Source: Clostridiales bacterium
GTDB lineage: Bacteria; Bacillota; Dehalobacteriia; UBA7702
Reading direction: 5' to 3'
DNA length: 64,000 nucleotides
Assembly: GCA_040766505.1 (NCBI GenBank)
Contig: JAXGQJ010000007.1
Span: forward strand, 21,232-85,231
The position numbers and the translations under genes were made by a program. How positions within the stretch are numbered: position 1 is the first letter of the stretch; each line of letters opens with the position of its first letter. Under the pieces are notes generated by a model that worked only from the letters and a program-made list of their open reading frames with translations, made no database searches and was not told the origin of the DNA. Shown piece after piece: positions 59,770 to 64,000 of this stretch.

Positions 59770-61496
59770 ATGAACGTTTTAATGACGGGGAATGAAGCCG
59801 TCGCCAGGGGCGCTTGGGAAGCCGGCGTCCGGGTGGTCGCCGCCTATCCCGGCACCCCCAGCACGGAAATTACGGAGAATGCCGCCAAATATAAAGAACT
59901 CTATGCCGAATGGGCCCCCAATGAAAAGGTGGCGCTGGAGGTGGCCATCGGCGCTTCCGTCGCTGGGGCGCGGGCCTTGGCCTGCATGAAGCATGTCGGC
60001 GTCAATGTGGCGGCGGATCCATTGCTGACGGTGGCTTTCACCGGCGTCCGGGGCGGCCTGGTTCTCGTCACCGCCGACGATCCGGGGATGCACAGCTCCC
60101 AAAATGAGCAGGACAACCGGCAATATGGCCGCCTGGCGAAAATTCCGGTATTGGAACCCGCCGACAGCGCCGAGGCCCTGGCCTTCACAAAGCTGGCCTT
60201 CGAGCTGAGCGAAACCTTCGATACCCCGGTGCTGCTTAGGCTGACCACCCGGGTGTCCCATTCCCAGTCCCTGGTGGCTTTGGGGGAACGGGAGGATGTG
60301 GAGTTAAAAGCCTATGAGAAGGATCCGGCGAAATTCGTGATGATCCCGGCCCATGCCCGGCCCCGCCATGCCATCGCCGAACGGCGGCTGGAAAAACTGC
60401 GGGCTTACGGCGAAAGCGCCGCAATCAACCGGGCGGAACTGGCCGATGAAGAAAAGGCGGAAATCGGCGTCATCGCTTCCGGCATCGTCTATCAATATGT
60501 GAAGGAGGCGCTGCCCCAGGCTTCCGTATTCAAATTGGGGATGACCCATCCGCTGCCGAAGGAAGCGCCGTTGGCTTTCGCCTAAAAGGTGAAACGGGTC
60601 TTCGTCATCGAGGAATCGATCCTTTCATTGAAGAGTATTGCCGTATTCTGGTATCCCCGTGATCGGCAAAGAACTGTTCCCGATGGAAGGGAGATTTTCC
60701 CGGAGATCGCCGCAAAGGTGCTGGGGGAAAAGGAAGCCGCTTTGCTTCGCGAGGGGCCGGTGCCGGGCCGGCCGCCGGTGCTCATGCCGGGTTGCTCTAC
60801 CGGGCGGTCTTTTATGTGCTGCGGCGCTTGAAGCTCCGCGTCATGGGCGACATTGGCTGCTATACCCTGGCCGCCTGCCGCCGCTTTCCCGCCATCGACA
60901 CCACGATCTGTGGCTGGGGGCCAGCATCGGCATGGCCCTGGGAGCGGAAAAGGCCTGGGAGATTTCGCCGCCAAAACCGTGGCGGTGCTGGGGATTCCAC
61001 TGTTCATTCCGGCATCACGCCGCTGATCGATACGGTCTACAATGGCGGCCTCCACCACCACGCTGATTTTGACAATCGCATCACCGCAATGACCGGCCAC
61101 CAGGAAAATCCCACCACCGGCAAGCGGGTCAATGGCGAGGCGACGAAAGCCCTCTCCCTGGAATTGCTGGTTAAAGGCTGCGGCGTGGAGCGGATCCGCA
61201 TTGTCGATCCCTTCGATGTGAACGCTTTGGAGGAGATGCTGAAGGAGGAACTGGCGGCAAAAGAGCCCTCGGTGATCATCTGCCGCCGCCCCTGCGCTTT
61301 GCTGGACAAAAGCAAACAGGAGCCCTATTATATCGAGGACGAACGCTGCCTGCGCTGCAAGCGCTGTTTGAAGATCGGTTGCCCCGCCATCGTCAAAACC
61401 GATGCGGCCCCCTATATCAATGCGGCCCAATGCGTCGGCTGCGGCCTCTGCGCCGCCATTTGCCCCCACGGGGTCATCGTGGAGGGGAATGCATGA
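59770..61496 (+). CDS. iorA: indolepyruvate:ferredoxin oxidoreductase alpha subunit (frameshifted)
   Basis: MNVLMTGNEAVARGAWEAGVRVVAAYPGTPSTEI...HSSQNEQDNR...; C-terminal CLRCKRCLKIGCP and CVGCGLCAAICP. Confidence 0.85.
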
Positions 61497-62067
61497 TGGA
61501 GACGACGAATGTTTTGATCGCCGGCGTCGGCGTCAGGGGACGATCCTGGCCAGCCGGGTTCTGTCCCAGCTTTTGATCGCCCGGGAATATGACGTCAAGG
61601 TATCGGAAATCCACGGCATGTCCCAGCGCGGCGGCAATGTCGTCACCCAGGTGCGCTTCGTACAAGGTTTGTTCGCCGATCATTGCTTTGGGGAGAGCGA
61701 TTATATTCGGCCTTTGAAAAGCTGGATAAGGATCCGGGTTCTTCCCTATCTGAAGGAGGGGGCTGCCTGATCGTCAATGACCAGACCATCGACCCAATGC
61801 CTGTCGTCATCGGCGCGGCGCAATATCCCCGCATATCGATGCCTTTTTGCAAGAACGGGGCATCCGCCACCGGCTGCTAACGCTTCCGGCCTCGCTCTCG
61901 CTGGAACAAAAGGCCGTCAATATGGTGCTGCTGGGGGCTTGGGCCGGCCTTTAAAAATTTCGACTTGGCGGAAGGTGAAAAGACCGACGATGTACTGGTG
62001 CCGCCGAAATTTCTGCTGCTAACTTGAAGGGCTTCGCCTCGGCTATGAAGCGGCCCAAAAGGCCTGA
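61493..62067 (+). CDS. iorB: indolepyruvate:ferredoxin oxidoreductase beta subunit (frameshifted)
   Basis: MMETTNVLIAGVGG-like start. ...GTILASRVLSQLLIAREYDVKVSEIHGMSQRGGNVVTQVRF... ATGA overlap with iorA. Confidence 0.75.
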
Positions 62068-62499
62068 GATCAACAGGGCGATTCTACCCGCCGCGATCGC
62101 TTTATTTCGCCGGAGGAAAAGATACGAAAGGCGATTGTGGCATTATTAACGGAATGAACGGCTGCTCCCGCTGTTTCGGCAACCGTACTGGATCCGAAGC
62201 TACGGTGCGGAAGAGCGGGCTTTTTGTTCACCGCCTCTTGCCGGTCAGTACGCGCGCTTGATCCGCTGGATTCGCTGCCGGGAAGGTTCCCTTTGGGCCG
62301 GAAAAGAACGAAAAGAACCGGAAGAGGGCTTCACTGCTGTGCCTTTGTCACGGCGAGGCGGTGCTGCGGCTGCCCTGAATCCCACCCTACGGCGCAACTC
62401 TTAAAGTTCTTTGTGAAAATCATGGAGAAACCGTTGGTTTTTTACGAAAAATACACTCTTAATATATATCGCACTAAAATATAATTATCTCCGGGGAGA

Positions 62500-63022
62500 A
62501 TGTTCATGCGAAAAGGAGACGTCTATTCTGTTTTTGCTCTTCTCTTGCGGCGGGCTGCGGTTCCGGGGAGGAAGAAGCGCGCCAGGCCGTACCGATCGCC
62601 CATCGACGGTGCCGATTTTTACTGCGACGATTTTGAGCGTTGATAAAGTTGGAAAACATTTGGCCTGTCCCATGTGAACCTCCCCGTTCCGACGGAGAAG
62701 GAGATCATCGAGAAAATCGTCGTCAATGAGCTGCGGCGGCGGGAAGGAAAGGGGGGCTTTCGGTTTCCGAAGCGGAGATCGCGGCGGATGCCGCGGCACG
62801 AAGGCTATCTATCAAAGCGAAGCGAACTGGCCTATTCGTCGGCGCTGCTCCGCTATCTCGGCGACACCGAGGAAGGGTTTTGGCAAAAGAGGGAAGCGTA
62901 CTACCGGGAAGGCGCTTCCATGGCCAAAGCTGAAAAGGCAGATGCAGGCGCAATATGAAGCGATGCTGTCTATGTGCCTTTGGGCAATAAATTTGATGCC
63001 TTTTTGGGATTGGCATGGTTGA
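62500..63022 (+). CDS. tentative frameshifted lipoprotein-like gene
   Basis: ATG after GGGGAG. A lipobox-like SSLAAGCGSGEEE appears only in a shifted frame, and downstream pieces lie in several frames. No family recognised. Confidence 0.25.
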
Positions 63023-63098
63023 GCTTTTAAAAATATACAAGGTGGAAATCATCGTCCCGGCGGGTGAAAATTCCGGTACAACCTGCTATGGGTTTTCC

Positions 63099-63152
63099 TT
63101 GACAAAATGCGCGAAAGGGCTAAATTATCCTTAGATGAGGATAATTTAGCCC
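63099..63152 (+). promoter_or_regulatory. promoter (TTGACA-N16-TAAATT) overlapped by a 14-bp-arm perfect palindrome
   Basis: TTGACA at 63099-63104 and TAAATT at 63121-63126. GGGCTAAATTATCC-ttagatga-GGATAATTTAGCCC at 63117-63152, followed by TTT. It could be an operator or the terminator of the upstream gene. Confidence 0.45.
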
Positions 63153-63189
63153 TTTAAAATTTCCCGGCCCGCAAAAGGAGGGTTTCGCT

Positions 63190-63530
63190 TTGGAGGAAGA
63201 ACTGAGAGAACATCTTAAAAATCGTCATGGTGGGGAATTCTGCTGTAAAAAGTGAACTGACGCTGTCGATCATCGGCGGGAAATGGAAGTCCGCCATCGT
63301 CTATCATCTCGGCAAAAGGGACATTGCGTTATGGGGAGCTGAAACGCTGTCTCGACGGCGCCGTCAGCCACCGGGTATTACGCTGGTGCTGGTGAGCTGA
63401 ACAGATGGCATCATCGCCAGAAAATCCTATGGCCGGTGCCGCCTCGGTGGAATATTCCGTTACCGAGCTGGCCGGACTCTATTGCCGCTGTTGAACGAAC
63501 TGCTCGACGAAGTGCAAGCCCATACTGAGT
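63190..63530 (+). CDS. HxlR-type winged-helix regulator (frameshifted, 3' end uncertain)
   Basis: TTG after AAGGAGG. ...ELTLSIIGGKWKSAIVYHLGK..., ...LRYGELKRCLDGAVSHRVL..., ...DGIIARKSYGRVPPRVEYSVTELGRTLLPLLNEL... in shifting frames. Confidence 0.6.
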
Positions 63531-63545
63531 ACTATCGTGGCGGCT

Positions 63546-64000
63546 TTAGGCGAGGATATTTTTCAGCACGACGGTCTTGGATCCGTGAATTCATCCAGCG
63601 TGACCATGATGCCCTCATTGCCGATGCCGCTCATCTTATGGCCGCCGAAGGGAGTTTCCAAAGCCCGGAAATCGCTGCCATTGACGACGACGCCACTGCA
63701 TCCAGATGCTTGCACGCATAGGCCACATTCTGCATATTGCCGGTGATGATCGCCGAGGAGAGGCCCATAGATGGAATTGTTGGCGAGGGCGACGGCCTCT
63801 TCCAGCGTATCGGGGTGGGCGATGATCGGCACCACGGGGCCGAAACTTCCAGATTCGGCGATGGTCTGGCGTCGCCGGTAACGCTGGTCAGGATCGTCGG
63901 CTCATAGGAAGCGCCGTGGCGCTTGCCGACGATTTTCGCGCCTGGGCCACTGCCGTCGACCTGTTCTTCCGACGGCTTTTGGTCACTTTTCATTGATCAG
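63546..64000 (-). CDS. aldehyde dehydrogenase, C-terminal part (frameshifted); 5' end outside the window
   Basis: ...FGPVVPIIAHPDTLEEAVALANNSIYGLSSAIITGN... and ...ETPFGGHKMSGIGNEGIMVTLDEFT...KNILA stop. Confidence 0.75.

Overview
GC-rich chromosomal segment from an anaerobic Firmicutes/Clostridia-type bacterium. The gene orders rpsF-ssb-rpsR ... rplI-lon-dnaB and comFC-hpf-secA-prfB ... ftsEX-M23-ctpA are typical of that group. Most of the window is core housekeeping and energy metabolism. The assembly carries many single-base homopolymer indels, so many conserved genes (ychF, rnhA, rpsF, ssb, rpsR, rplI, secA, argH, paaK, iorAB and others) read as frameshifted. CDS coordinates here span the reconstructed gene, not a single ORF. 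Main non-routine content: (1) A methylamine or quaternary-amine methyltransferase module on the minus strand. It holds an MttB gene with one in-frame TAG at the expected pyrrolysine position, co-oriented with a TauE/SafE-like permease, then a sigma-54 enhancer-binding protein and a second MttB homolog with no TAG. Each mttB gene has a perfect -24/-12 promoter and a shared ~30-nt upstream motif. (2) An hdrCBA-mvhD-flxCBA-like electron-bifurcation cluster. (3) Two non-coding repeat families. One is three tandem ~232-bp units separated by a 28-nt perfect palindrome, with a diverged inverted solo copy 34 kb away. The other is a set of long hairpins with compensatory arm changes between conserved flanks, at two loci. 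(4) A more AT-rich cassette with an XRE regulator and two tandem paralogous small membrane proteins. (5) A ~0.6-kb tandem duplication that leaves a truncated 5' copy of argH upstream of the full-length gene. I saw no rRNA, tRNA, CRISPR array, transposase or phage genes, and no pylT or pylSBCD genes in this window.
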